DNA of 64,000 nucleotides from contig NC_043004.1 in NCBI RefSeq assembly GCF_006345805.1, positions 38,254,001 to 38,318,000 of the forward strand. The letters run 5' to 3'. Below, piece by piece: positions 37,740 through 51,126 of this stretch; position 1 is the first letter of the stretch, and the number at the start of each line of letters is the position of its first letter. Below the pieces are notes generated by a model, which was given only the letters and a program-made list of their open reading frames with translations, did not search any database and had not been told where the DNA came from. The translations under genes and the position numbers were made by a program. This DNA is from Octopus sinensis. Its lineage: Eukaryota.

Positions 37740-39065
37740 GGAAAGTGTGAAGTGAATGAATGATGGTGAAGTAAATGCTCACTGAAGCATATTTGAACTT
37801 ATATGATATGTCTGGGGAATGTACATGCAAGCTTTCATTCCAGATGCAGAATGCTGTCCCCCTGGCCCACATCTTCCACACTCTTAGAGTTGGCACATTC
37901 AATGTGGGCACATTGAAAGGTAGGTCCGGTGAGATTGTTGAGATGCTTGAACGGAGGCTTGTAGATGTGTGTTGCATACGAGAAGTAAGGTGGAGAGGAG
38001 GTTCTGCTGGGTTCCACACAGGCAAAGAGTATAGGTATAAAATCTTCTGGGTAGAGAATAGTAATGGAGTTGAGGGTGTGGGCATACTTCTTGCTGAAAA
38101 ATGGGCTGATAAGGTAATCGAGGTAGTCAAAGTGTGATAGAATACTTAAGCTTAGACTAGTTTTGTAAATTGGGACTACCTGATTAATAGAAAGACTGAT
38201 TTTTAAGACACCCTTTTGTAGACTACCTCATTGACAAATGACAGTGACGTTCTCTTTGTAGCTGGTGACATCAATGGACATGCTGGGCAACATTTGGGTG
38301 GCTTCCATGGCATGGATGGCGGCAATGGATTTGGCTCCTGTAATAAGGAGGGGACCAAGCTGTTGGAGTTCTGTGATGCAAATGACATTATGATGTGTAA
38401 TACTAACTTCAGGAAACCTGTCAGTTACTTGTTCACCTAACAGTCGGGTGGACACACTATCCAGATTGACTATATTCTTGTTAGAAAACGGGTAAGATGT
38501 CTGCTTATAAATGTCAAATCTTTCCCAGGTGAAGAATGCACCCCTCAATGCAGGCTAGTCATTTGTGGCTTCAGAATCAGGGCTAAAAGGCTGCCCAGAA
38601 GACAACCTCTGTGGAAAAGAAAAGTCTGGAAGCTTAAGGATCCTCTGAATGGTCAGAGATTTAGAGATGTGTTACTTGAAGGATTTGATGAAAAAGATGA
38701 AGATATAGTGACATATCATGTGGAGGTTTCTATAGAACAACCTTTTGAGGGCCACTGACCAAATTTGCAGCTGGTGCAAAGTCTCTTCTTGACCTAAGGT
38801 GACATGGTGGTGGAATAATGTTGTTGACTGAGTCATTAGAGAAAAAGAGCAGGCCTGGAAGGACTGGAAGTGTGGTGGTAGCAGGGAACTGTATCAGATA
38901 GTCAAAAGGGAGGTTATGAGGTATATTTAGCCAAAGAAGAAGCAGAAAAGAAGTTGGATGTGAGAACAGGCAACTTCAGAAGTATTAAGCCAATAATAAA
39001 CCTCTGTACTTGGTTTTTGTCAACATGGAGAAGGCCCTTGACATGGTACCCTGACCCCTTATCTG
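37740..39065 (+). mobile_element. Decayed RTE-clade LINE (APE domain, linker, internally deleted RT start)
   Basis: LRVGTFNVGTLKGRSGEIVEMLERRLVDVCCIREVRWRG; VAGDINGH; EGTKLLEFC; IDYILVRK; then LYLVFVNMEKALD. Confidence 0.9.
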
Positions 39066-39433
39066 AAGATGTTATGCCAAAATTTCAGCAAATTTCCTGC
39101 TGAAATTCTTGCAGTAGTTGGAATCATGGTATTATTGAACAAACTACTTCTTCACTGCACTTCTATGCCTGTGTCCTGTTAATTTGTAAGTTGTGTGAAC
39201 TCTTTCCCATAAAGGGAACCCTGAACCCATTCACAATGAAATGTCACCAACAAATTATCACAGCAGGGAATATCATGTATTAGAATGTATATGTTTAGCC
39301 TATGATAATTGTAGCCCTTTCTGCTACCCCAAATCAAATAGAATTAATTAAATATTCTTTTTTAATAGGGAAAATGAATAAATTACCTTAATTCATGTTT
39401 TTTTTTTTGTCTGATCAGATACCTGTGTTGATA

Positions 39434-39601
39434 ATGAATCCTGCCTCTCCTTTTGCTATTTTCTCTCTGTACCGACAAATGATTCGTAAAGCAAGGACAC
39501 TTTCTTACACTGACAAGAACTTTTATCTGCATAGAATTCGAAAGGAATTTGATAAGAACAAATCTATCACTGATCCTCATGAGCTACAGCGCTCTCTTGA
39601 G
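39434..39601 (+). CDS. MIURF: Coding exon 1 of LYR-motif microprotein AltMIEF1/MIURF-like (aa 1-56)
   Basis: Acceptor TTTTTTTTGTCTGATCAG ends at 39418 and ATG is at 39434. The exon encodes MNPASPFAIFSLYRQMIRKARTLSYTDKNFYLHRIRKEFDKNKSITDPHELQRSLE, followed by the phase-0 donor GAG|GTATGT at 39602. It contains the LYR motif and closely parallels human AltMIEF1 as recalled ([47 protein letters not shown]). Confidence 0.9.
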
Positions 39602-40079
39602 GTATGTATTTGTTGTTTTTTTTTTCCTATGTTGTGCATTCATTAATTTTTTTATGTTTACATGGATGAAATGGTTTATGTGATCTAGAACATACTCAAG
39701 TGTAACCAGTCACATACTGGTTTCAAATTTTGGCACAAGGCCAACAATTTCGGGGTATGGGGTAAGTCAATTACATCGATCCCGGTTCTCAACTGTTCCT
39801 TATTCTATCAATCCTGAAGGGAGAAATGGTGAATTTGACCCCTGTAGGATTTGAACTCTGACTGTAAAAGCAGAAGTGCCATAAGCATTCTGCTTAGCAT
39901 TTTAATGATTCTGCCAGTCACATGTTGCTATGAAGAAATGTATATGTGGTGAGAAGTAACATTGAATTTGTCAATATGTTGATAAGGAATAATGTAGGAC
40001 ATACGAAATACTGTTGTGCACTAAAGTTGTTAAAAATGTGTGCTGGGAATAGTCATGGAAAAAGTTATAGGAATTACTT

Positions 40080-40960
40080 CTGAGTTATCGAAGCCAGGTT
40101 GCTAAATGTAGAGAATGCATGGGAGAAGGAGAGTCTGCCTAATGTGTTTCCTACAGAGGGACCAGCTATCCAAATAGACAGTAGCTTAGTAGATAAAACA
40201 ATTAAAGTTATGAAGACAGGGAAAGCCCTAGGCCCATCAAGAATCACTGCTGAGATGTTTAAAATATCTGGCAGTGTAGGATAAACTCTAGTCACCCATA
40301 TAGTCAGTCAAGTTATACATGAGGAAGTCAAACCCAATGACGGGTGTACCAGCAGCCAAGGAGAATGGCACTGATGCTATATTCTTGATAATGCAGCTGC
40401 AAGTGAAGTACCTAGCCAAAAATAAATCTCTTTACTTGGCTTTTATCAACATGGAGAAAGCCTTTGACAGGGTCTTCCACTCCCTTATCTGGTGATCAGT
40501 GTGGAAATTATGGATAGAAGAGTGGCTAGTGAGATCTGTACAAGCTATGTACAGGAACGTTGTCTGTTGGGTGAGGGTTGGCAACAAGTATAGTGATGAA
40601 TTCAGTATACAGGTAGGAGTTCACCAAGGATCAGTCCTCAGCTCTCTCTTGTTCATCATAGTCCTCCAGTTAATAGTAGAGGAATTTAAGTCAGGTTGCC
40701 CCTGGGAGCTCCTCTATGCTGATGTTCTTGTAGCTGAATCACTACCAGTAATCAAAGGGCCTTACAGTTAATTTAGCAAGACCATAGTAGGAAAGCAGAT
40801 AAGTCATAAATCCCTTCAGGTAGATGGCCTTGCTTGATATGTAAAAAAGGCATAGATGTACCCGGTGCAAGCTATGGACACATAAGAGAAGTAGTAATAT
40901 CTGAGGAAAGTTAGCTGGGAAAATAGTCTTTGTGTGTGGCAGATGCATAGGTACAATGAA
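40080..40960 (+). mobile_element. Second decayed RTE-clade LINE copy (RT domain), in the MIURF intron
   Basis: LLNVENAW; FINMEKAFDRV; GVHQGSVLSSLLFIIVLQ; LLYADVLV. Confidence 0.9.
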
Positions 40961-43437
40961 CACGAGAAATATACAAGGATGAGAAACTATTGGTGCATAA
41001 CATAGGAGAGCAAGTGTCTAGTGGGTTTCACTCTATGAAATGCTAACTGATGCTCACTGAGAAGCAAAAGGCTGAGGTTGATAAATAAGGAGTCTTTTTA
41101 TGGTTGTTTCCACTACTTTTAGGATGTTGGCATTGAAGATGATAAGTAAGTTGTTAGCAGAGCCACTAGGATGACCTTCTTGAGAATGGGAAATACTGTT
41201 TCTACAGACTGTGAAAGATGCCTGTAATGAGAAAAAGATTGAATGATTTTGTGCTAGTAGAAGCCCAGTCTAGAATGCACTGTTTCAGGATAATGGAAAT
41301 ACCATCAGAACTGGTAAATTCATTGGGTTTGGTAAGGACTGTGCGCACACAGTTGTAAGTTATGTGTTGGTGAAATGTGTGCAGTGCTTTTGGGTCAGAA
41401 TTAAGAAGTAACACAGTAGTTAGCTTTGTTAATATGATTACTACTTACAGAATTAACATATGTTTAAGCTGTGGAAAACTGAGAAATTTTAAAAAGGGGA
41501 GTTGAAATCTTTTTCACAAGGGACCAGAAAGCTCAAACAATTTGGGATGTGAGACAGATAGCAGGCTATACAATACATGAAGCCATTTTATGCTTTTTAA
41601 ATTGTAACATTGTGGATTTTTTTTAAATGATGGCAGTGGAACACTTCTTCCAGCTATGTTCTTTGTACACATACAAGAAAAACTACTTTGGGGTTTTCAG
41701 TGGTAAGATTTTGTTGTGTTCACTCTATGAAGAGACATATTGAATTGACAAATGTCTGCCACTCAATAAACTGTCTTGAGTAGCATGGTTACTGTCCAGA
41801 GTTGTCAGTTTAGAACTAGAGAAGCTCTGATTAATTGATCTGAAGATGGCTTTTGGGAGTAGAGTTTGCTCTTTTATTGGCTAAAAGGAATTGTATTTAA
41901 TTGATAAGACAATGGTGAGCTGGATCATGCAGTGATTGTGGCTGGGTGGGGTTGTGTTTTAAGGTGACATAGAAGTCAACAGTGCTTCTAGCACTCGTGT
42001 GTTGATTAGTCATGTAGGTGAGGATATTAATTGATGCAGATATTTCATGTTAGCAGGTAACTCAATTACTTCATCAGAAATGTCAGTATGAGAAGTGTGC
42101 AAGAGCCATAATGAATTTTAAGTAATGAAAGAGACATTGGATGATGATCTCAGAACCACAAAACCTCCTTCATTCTTTGAATTCTCCCTTCAACTAAATC
42201 TACTCGGCATTACCTAGCAATAGATGTAGTGTTTATGTCCCAACAACATATTTTTCTTGAAAACATTGTATCACAACTGCTTTAAAAAGAGAAAAAAACT
42301 GAAATGAAATATAGACCAACTACAACCAGTGACTGTATTTATGGACTTTATTATGACTCCATCCGAAGGTCAAATATAATGAGAGAGAGAGAGAGAGAGA
42401 GTAGCCATGATATAAATTGCTTTGATACAGAACAAGGAAGGCAGCTAGCTCTAATGAGGTTTAGTACTTTCTATTTCAACAAAATTTAAACTCCTCTATA
42501 TGTGATCTGTAGTTTAGCTTACAGGTAATGTATGTTTTCCATTACAAAGACGTTACTTCATTAAAAGGTTCTTCAAATTTAGATTCATGAATTTGTTGTA
42601 GTTTGTGATTTTTTACAGTCTAATGCAAATGTTTCTCTTCAAATAATATTATTGCTTACATGTCATCAATGTTAATTTCAGCAAATAGAATTCTTGAGTA
42701 TATCAGTGAAAAGACAAATCCTGTAATTAGCATCTATCAATTTAATTGTATCATCATCATCATCGTTTAATGTCTGTTTTCCATGCTAGCATGAGTTGGA
42801 TGGTTCGACCGGGATCTGGGAAGCCAGAAGGCTGCACCAGGCCCCAGTCTGATCTGGCAGTGTTTCTACAGCTGGATGCCCTTCCTAACACCAACCACTC
42901 CGTGAGTGTAGTGGGCGCTTTTTACGTGCCACCGGCACAGAAGCCAGACAAGGCGGCACTGGCATCGACCATGTTCGGATGGTGGACTACATTTTTTTAT
43001 GAGACTCTTAAATAATGTTTCTCTCATTTCTACACAGAACTGTCATTCATTCTTTGTTGTTTGGCATTGAGTCACCTCCAGCTGAAGGGAGCTACGATAA
43101 AAGGCATTCTTAACATGCCTATCTCATATAACTACATTGTCAGATGTGTCCAATCCTTTCAGTTGACTGTGTAGAGGTTGTTAACTGCCCGTAAATATTG
43201 TTGCTCATATCAATACAGATGTTTCCTCCCAGTCAGTTGTGCTTGGTGTGAACATTGAAAGCAATCACTAGCTTTGGAATAATCAACAGAGGCTATGATA
43301 TAAATGACCATGCTTTAACCTCTTTGAAAGGATATTCTACATTCTAATACAAACTGAATTGTAAAGAGAAAAAACAAAAACCCAAAACATTTTAGGTTAT
43401 GTTATGTTATTCTATATGTATTTTCATCTATTTTCAG

Positions 43438-43476
43438 AAGGGCAAAGCATTTTTGCGTCGTGACAGACTTCTGTGA
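43438..43476 (+). CDS. MIURF: Coding exon 2 (terminal) of AltMIEF1/MIURF-like gene, KGKAFLRRDRLL*
   Basis: Acceptor TTTTCATCTATTTTCAG ends at 43437, then AAG GGC AAA GCA TTT TTG CGT CGT GAC AGA CTT CTG TGA in phase 0. This parallels the recalled human C-terminus KGLVFLNGKLGRII and gives a 68-aa product (human about 70 aa). Intron 39602-43437 is GT-AG. Confidence 0.8.
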   Translation, partial: KGKAFLRRDRLL

Positions 43477-46300
43477 GGGAATCCAGTAAAAGAAATATTG
43501 ATTAATTTGGAAATAGTCTTTCTAAATATTTTCCTCCTTAGCTGAAGCAACCTTTACTGGAAAATGTTAGCAACAAAACTATTGGGTGATTTGGTTTTAT
43601 CTTCTCACCCATCCCACCATCACTCAATAATTTTAAACCAAACAATTGCAAAATTCTCTCTACTGATACATAGATGCCTATGAGCTCTTAAGTTCAATTT
43701 TAGTTCATCCATGTGATATAAATATATATCATCATCGTCATATATACACACACACACACATATATATATATGCATGTATATACATATATATGTATATGTG
43801 TTCATGTGTATATGATGATGATGATGTACATATTTATGTATATGATATACGCACTTGTTAACTAGGCATTAACATTTTAGTTCATCTAAAATATTTAACT
43901 GCAAAAATGGTTTGAACTGTGTTAAACTCTAATTTGCATAAAAGTGCATATGATGGTAACATAGATGAGTAATTAATAGTGCACTACTAAAAATAATTGA
44001 AGTAATTACTTGACTAACTGATTTAGTTGAGTCTTAGTTTGTATACCATAAATAGCCATAAGCTACACATTTCTCTCTGGACAGAGGATGGGTACTCTAC
44101 CTCTGGTGAAGGTCACTGACAACTAAAAACTAGTCAATCTAGCTTCTGTTGCCCAAGGTGAGATAAAACTTGTGTAACTATTTTGTCATTTTTCACAAGA
44201 CTAAAATTGTGTTTATTTAAAAAAAGGCATACATATTCATCATCATCATTGTACATCCGCTTTCCATGCTGGCATGGGTTGGATGGGTTGCCATAGCCAT
44301 TTCTTATTGGGAGCCGCTAACTTACATAGACTGGTGTTTGCACACGGCACTGGCTTGCTTTCTGTGGCTGAATGCTCTTCATTTCAGTAACTACTTTAGG
44401 GAGTGTTAGGGTTAGGATTACGTTAGAGAAGTTGAAAGAAAGACCTTGGAACCTTTCACATTCTCCTTTCATTTGCTAACCAGTGTACTCTCAATTAATT
44501 AAGGAGTAATTAAAGACAAAATCTTTCTGCCTTGATGTATGTGTGTGTTTGTCACTATCTCTTTATCTAGCCATCTTTCAGCTCGACTTTAATATTTAAT
44601 TAAGCACTTATCAGTTATGACTGTACTCCTGGTGCTACCTCTGTATGATGCGACAAAGAGCTGAATAATTTTTACTGAGTTAGGGAAATCTAAATTGTTG
44701 TGGTTTGGAATATATATATATAATAAACCAATGTGCCTTCCTAATTGTCACTGATAGGTGAAAGTTACTGGTAACTTCAACAGAGCCTTGAAAGAATGTT
44801 CACATAGCAAGGCTGTTGTGAAGACCAGCACGGTTTTTTTTGATGGTTGTGAATTTTGTGCCAGAGCAATGAGTCTGTATGTTTGAGTTTCTGCTTACAA
44901 TAGAATCTAGGGATAGAAAATCAACAGTAATTATGAAAAAATATTTCTAACCTGTTTAGTAAAAATTAAATGTTAAGATTCCGTTAAAGTGATCCAGATA
45001 TTGTTATTACAGAGATTTCATGTCCAAGATTTTGAAACCATATTTGACAAACTTATGATTCAAATGATGTTGATACTTTTTTTTTCTGTTTTTACATAGC
45101 TGTATGCTCCTGGGGTTTTGATAAAGGACTTTTTTGGAAGTAAGATTTTGATTTTGGTTAGAGTTGTTTTTTAAAATATTGACTTTCTCTAAGAGAACTC
45201 TTTAAACTGTCTGTGATATTTCTAATACACTACCTAGGTGTTTGAATTCATATTAGAAATAATCATGAACTTGGTGGGATTTAGTGAAATAGCTAACTTT
45301 ATCAAGAAGGTAGTGCCAGGATTATAGCAAAAGATTCTTAAATTTAAATCAACAAAAAATTCTTAAATTTAAATCATGGCAAGAAGTTTAAAATTTAATA
45401 TGAACACTTTTAAAAAGGAAATATATAAGACCTAGTAGTTGTTACAACTGAGTTTAAATCAAAGGGTTAAGCAGAATCTCATGTGGCGACCCAGCAATAA
45501 ATGATGTTACAGTTTTGAACTTCTCACTTAATCCTGTCTTTTTTTTTTTGTTCTAACCAGCACAAGCCTTAATCTTTTGAAATAAAATAACTCTATTATC
45601 AATTTCATTGTGAGTTTCTTAAACTTCTTATGAATATATATGTTCTTGTTTCATGAATCACTGAGGGAACTTGTATATCATCATCATCGTCTTCATCATC
45701 ATCATCATTGTCTTAATGTCCAGTTTTCCATACCTTCAGAGATCAGACAGAATTCGTTGTGTGGCAGATTTTCTATGACTGGATGTTCTTCCTATTGCCA
45801 ACTCTCTCTTGTTTCCAAACATATATTTTGCCCTTAGCCATGTTTACATAGAAGATTGTAATTGAACAACACTGCTTGTGTCTAGACATACTGCTATTGT
45901 ATACATTTGGATAAGAATTCACAGAAGCATGCATGCACTCTCCCTCTCTCGAGCCTTGTAAATGAAATTGAGAAACTGATTTGATGCACATTCTGCTCAA
46001 GCCTAACCAGTGGACTGCATCTACTTTTGGGTAGTAGACCTAATTCATTATACAGTTCAACACAACCACCAAGTGCTGTAGAGCAAGTTCATTCTGTACA
46101 TGCATCTAGACTGTGTCTTTCTCTTTTATCTTTCATCTTTTATCTTTTGCTTGTTTTACTAATTAGACTATGTCAGTGCTGTGGCACTGCCTTCAAGAGT
46201 TTAGTTGATCAATTTGACCCCAGTATATTTTTTTTAAAGTTTGGAACTTATTCTAGGCTTTTATTTCTTTCTTGGACCATGGTTCCCTTGGGATATTTCA

Positions 46301-46735
46301 TCATCATCATCATCATCGTTTAGCGTCCACTTTCCATGCTAGCATGGGTTGGACGGTTCAACTGGAGTCTGGGAAGCCAAAAGGCTGCACCAGGCCCAGT
46401 CTGATCTGGCAATGTTTCTATGGCAGGATGCTCTTCCTAACGTCAACCACTCCGTGAGTGTAGTGGGTGCTTTTTACGTGCCACCAGCACAGGTGCCAGG
46501 CGAGGCTGGCAACGGCCACGATCGGATGGTGCTTTTTACGTACCACCGGCACGGAGGCCAAGCGAGGCTGGCAACAGCCACGATTGGATGGTGCTTTTTA
46601 CGTGCCACTGGCACGGAGGCCAGTTGGTGCGGAGCTGGCAACGGCCACGTTTGGATAGTTCTCTTATGTGCCACTGGCACTGGTATCACAGCTACAATTT
46701 CCATTGATGTTGATCTATTTCGATTTCGATTTTGA
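46301..46735 (-). mobile_element. RTE-type 3' tail element with 3-4 minisatellite units
   Basis: Same body as 34835, with fewer and more diverged units. Confidence 0.7.
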
Positions 46736-48759
46736 TTTATGCTGGATATTTGTCTTATCAGTTTGGCCAGTTCTTTCTCCTGTCATTAATTTATGAAGCA
46801 GGGATTATGACAAACTCATTATGTTGTTAGCTTGCATTGACGAGTTTAACTACTATATGTATGGAGAATCTTTTCAAGCATTATCACACCAATATTCCTC
46901 AAACATTGTTAAACATCTGCTTCTGACGAACGGCTGTAAGTAATAACTGTTTTATGCAACAATTAATCTCAGTACCAGTGAGCATTGTTCCGTCTATTCA
47001 TGTAGCAATATAATAAACCCTGAAATGCATTCTTCTTAAATGTGTCTTTGGCTGCTAATTCCATCAGATTCAGTGATTGCATAGTTGCTTTTTCATTAGC
47101 TTAAGAATTAAAAAGTCAACAAGTGTGACAATTTTAGACATGTTTATGATGTATTTTGTCACTGCAGAGCACTACAGCAGTAGCACACAAGCACCAGGCA
47201 TTTCAACAACATAATAAAGCCATCCTAATGTTATTACCCTTCACACTTAGTTCAAGCAAATATATAAAAAAAGAGATAGCAAATATAACAGTACACCGGC
47301 ATGATCACAGCTTGCTGGCTGAAACACACACACAAGATGACGTAAAAAGCAAGCACACACTTGAAAATATCAGTACCATCAATTATCTCATTTGCCATAA
47401 GCACTGCAAGAATGCAATAGAACTAGAGATAAATACTGAGACCTATAACTCATGTACCTACAACATCCTGAAAAAAACAAAAAAAAACACTACATGTCTA
47501 CACTGTTATAAACCATTCCATACCAGATTGATGTGTGTGGCCTTCACTAGGTTGAAGTCTGGTATGTCTTGAGTAGTAACAGATTTGTGGATTGCATCAA
47601 CCATAGATATGGATTTGACTGAATGCACATGTACCAATGGTTTGCCCAATCATATCTAACCTATGTCAACATAACTCATGAAACAGATGAACTGAATTAA
47701 GTAAGGATCCTCTGCATCGTCACTCAAGCATCAATAATAACCTCAATTCATGCCTTACTGTCACAGAAAAAAACCCCCAAAAAAACAAAGGATAAGAGCA
47801 CAGTGCTATGAAAAAGTCTGGATGGTCATGACTGGAATGTTCTTTCAATTACAGTACTGCTGGATCAAGGCTGACCTAGGCTAAAAACAAAACAAAACAA
47901 AACAAAACCCCAGGTGGACCTCTGTCTACAATAAATGTGGAGGTATCTTTCACATAGCAAGAACCCTTGGGGATTACCTGTTAGTGGGAGAAATAATGAG
48001 ATATTAAATGATTTTATAAGAGAGACAAAGTATTATTTCGGATTCCTGGGTTCTCTTACTCAGAGATATACCCCTGTTTCTGAGCTATTATTTTTTTATT
48101 TTATTAGATTTATCTGAAAAAAAAAATGGGCTATGCTGATAACTTCATATGACATATTAGACAAGTAAATATATTCATCTTGAAAAAAAATTCAAGTTGT
48201 TCTCTTAGTGTTTTTGTACCGAGAAAATTTCCCACTTGTTATGGGAAACATCAACTCAGACAAGACCTTGAACAAATATACCACAATGAAACAAACCTGT
48301 TACAAAGTTGTTTTATCAGGACGCCATCTGAAACAGAAAGGCGTAATTAGGTAATTGTTTACAATTAAAGTCAACTGTAATCAAATATATTCAAACTTGA
48401 CAATCTCACCTATTTTTAAGGTGGAACAAGGACAATTACATGCACATGTGCAAATACACGCACACACACCCACAAAAGCACACTGACAAAATGCTGCTCT
48501 TCTAAATGCAAACCTTACCTGTCATTGCGGTTTTGTGACACAGAGCAAAGTAGGCCTGGCCCTTCACTCAAGGGACACGTAAATGTTCCACAAGCACTCA
48601 AGCAAACTGAGTCCTCAGCTTGACTCATTTACCAAAAGGTTTCCAAGGCACCAGCAAGTCTCAAGTAATACATGTATGTCCATAGAACATGATCACCACT
48701 TCATTTGTTATTCACAATGATGGATTCTCTCATCTCATACATACATACATATATATATA

Positions 48760-49005
48760 GTGGAGGCACGTGGCTTAGTGGTTTGGGTGTCAGCATCATG
48801 ATCGTAAGATTGTGGTTTCGATTCCTGGACTGGGCGATGCATTGTGTTCTTGAGCAAAACACTTCATTTCACGTTGCTCCAGTCCACTCAGCTGGCAAAA
48901 ATGAGTAACGCTGCGATGGACTGGCGTCCCATCCAGCTGGGGAACACATACACCATTGAAACCGGGAAAGCAGGCCCATGAGCCTGCCTAGGCTTAAAAA
49001 GGGAG
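48760..49005 (+). mobile_element. tRNA-derived SINE
   Basis: GTGGAGGCACGTGGCTTAGTGG...GGTTTCGATTCC head. Central TGTTCTTGAGCAA..CACTT...CCACTCAGCTG block shared with 22461. Confidence 0.75.
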
Positions 49006-49692
49006 CATAAAAAAATTTAAAAAAATTATATATATATATATATATATATATTGGCGCAAGGCCAGCAATTTGGAGGACCCCTGTGTTCAGTTGGTACTTA
49101 TTTTATTGACCTCAAAAAGGATGAAAGACTAAGTCAACTCCGGAGTAATTTGAACTCAGAACGTTAAGAGGGACGAAATACTGCTAAGCATTTTGTCCGG
49201 CGTGCTAACGATTCTGCCAACAAGCTGATACATATATACATACGTACGTATGTACGTATATATTACAAATTTCATATATTACAGTAGGGACTATCATGTG
49301 AGTTTGTTGAGGAGAAGCTTGCTTCCCAATCAGGCAGCCTTGGTTTCGGTCCCGCTGCGTGGTATTTTGAGCAAATAACTTTTACTATAGCACTGAACTG
49401 ATCAAAACCTTGTGGGTAGATTTGGTAGACGGAAACTGAAGGAATTCCGTTATACACATACACACTCACATTGATATATATATGTGTGTGTGTGTGTTAG
49501 GTTGTTAGATAAATTCGTTCGTTACTTTCTAATGTTATTTCAATTACCACGATAAATATTCTTATCTAAGTATTTTGTTTATTTATTTACTGTAGCTCTA
49601 TTCTTCATTTACGACAATTGTTTATCATTTTTGAATTCTGAAATTTGAATAAATTAATTTTTTTCTGACATATGATAATGGAGTGCCAAATA

Positions 49693-50001
49693 AAAACGAC
49701 GATAAACATCGCCCTTTTCAAGCCTAGCGAGGCTCATGGGCCCGGTTTCCAGGTTTCTGTGGCGATTGTGTCCCCCCCCCAGCTGGACTGGACGCCAGTC
49801 CATCGCAGCGTTACTCAAAAAACAGGAAGAGAGAGTGAGAGAAAGTTGTGGCGAAAGAGTACAACAGGGGGTCGTTACCACCCCCTGCCGGAGCCTCGTG
49901 GAGCTTTTAGGTGTTTTCGCTCAATAAACACACACAACGCCCGGTCTGGGAATCGAATCCGCGAGTCCGCTGCCCTAACCACTGGGCCATTGCGCCTCCA
50001 C
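49693..50001 (-). mobile_element. tRNA-derived SINE (same family as 16157-16440) with 14-bp TSD
   Basis: A/B-box head at 50001 on the minus strand. TSD TGGAGTGCCAAATA at 49679-49692 and 50002-50015. Confidence 0.85.
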
Positions 50002-50214
50002 TGGAGTGCCAAATAGAAAAACAAAATGCATATTTTCGACTCCTGGGTCCCTTCGTGGAGAAAGAACTGAAAGAACTGCACAGAAATGGTTTTCTCGCTT
50101 CAAAGGGAGGACATTTAACCCCATCAACCCTCTATTGCTGCAACTCTTTTCCTTTGCAATTCATCGCTCAAAATTTGTTGGCAGTAGCTCCAGGACACAC
50201 TAGTCATATCAAAG

Positions 50215-50541
50215 TCAGTCAATTTTTCGGCGACGGCTCTCCATGAATTTTCGTGATATCTTCATTCGTTCAAGGGAGCAACGGTCATCTTGAACAAGGT
50301 TGGTCTTCGAGCGACAAGTGACCATTCCTGAAGCGTGAAAACCACTTGTAAACTTGTGCATTGCTCGTGGCAGCGTTTTTGAAGTTTGAAGCACGACAAC
50401 TGTTTCGGCCGCCGTTTTCCCCAGCAGAAAACAGAATTTCACGGAAGCACGCTGTTCCTTCGTTTCAGCCATCGCAAAAATCGACGAACAGGGGAGAACT
50501 ACTTGTCACAGAACCCGTGGTTACAAATGTCTACGTTCGTA
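50215..50541 (-). mobile_element. Mariner transposase 5' fragment
   Basis: MAETKEQRASVKFCFLLGKTAAETVVVLQT, then frameshifted WFSRFRNG..EDQP.S.RP. TACGA.. terminus near 50541. Confidence 0.8.
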
Positions 50542-51036
50542 TGCCGACAGACGATAACCACCCCCATTTTTACAGAATGGTACTCTGATAATGCTGACTG
50601 ATTGGCTATCTTTCTAATTTTAACTCCTACCTACATTTGATGTGATTCAAATGTACGATTTCTTCACGGAGTGACTTTTATCGAAGAATAGCTCATGTAT
50701 GCTTGATGAAATGGTAGGTAATTTAGCAAATAAAATAATGAAAACTGGCATATTTGTAGCATGGGCATTATCTTTTCATCTTCGTTTATGTTTTATAATC
50801 TTTTATCTTTCATCTTTTACTTGTTTCAGTCGCAAGGCTGCGGCCATGGTGGAGCACCGCCTTGAAGAAGTTTTAGTCAAATGTATAGACCCCAGTACGT
50901 ATTTTAAAAATACCTGGTACTCAATTCTATCGCAGTCTTTTTTTTTTGCAGATCCACTAAGTTACGGGGACGTAAACACACCAGCATCAGTTGGCAAGCG
51001 GTGGTAGTGGTGGGCAAACACAAAGACACACACACA

Positions 51037-51067
<31 letters not shown>

Positions 51068-51126
51068 CACTCTCTCTCTCTCTCTCACTCATATATATAT
51101 ACATATACATAAACATACATACATTA

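Noticed and set aside
37740-40960. MIURF exon nested inside one split RTE element
   Set aside because: The RT motif (N/D)MEKA(F/L)D appears on both sides of the exon (about 39020 and 40450), so these are two independent copies.
47156-47572. 138-aa plus-strand ORF as a downstream cistron of MIURF
   Set aside because: No recognisable domain, AT-rich composition with poly-A runs, no resemblance to MIEF1/Mab21, and 3.7 kb from the stop codon.
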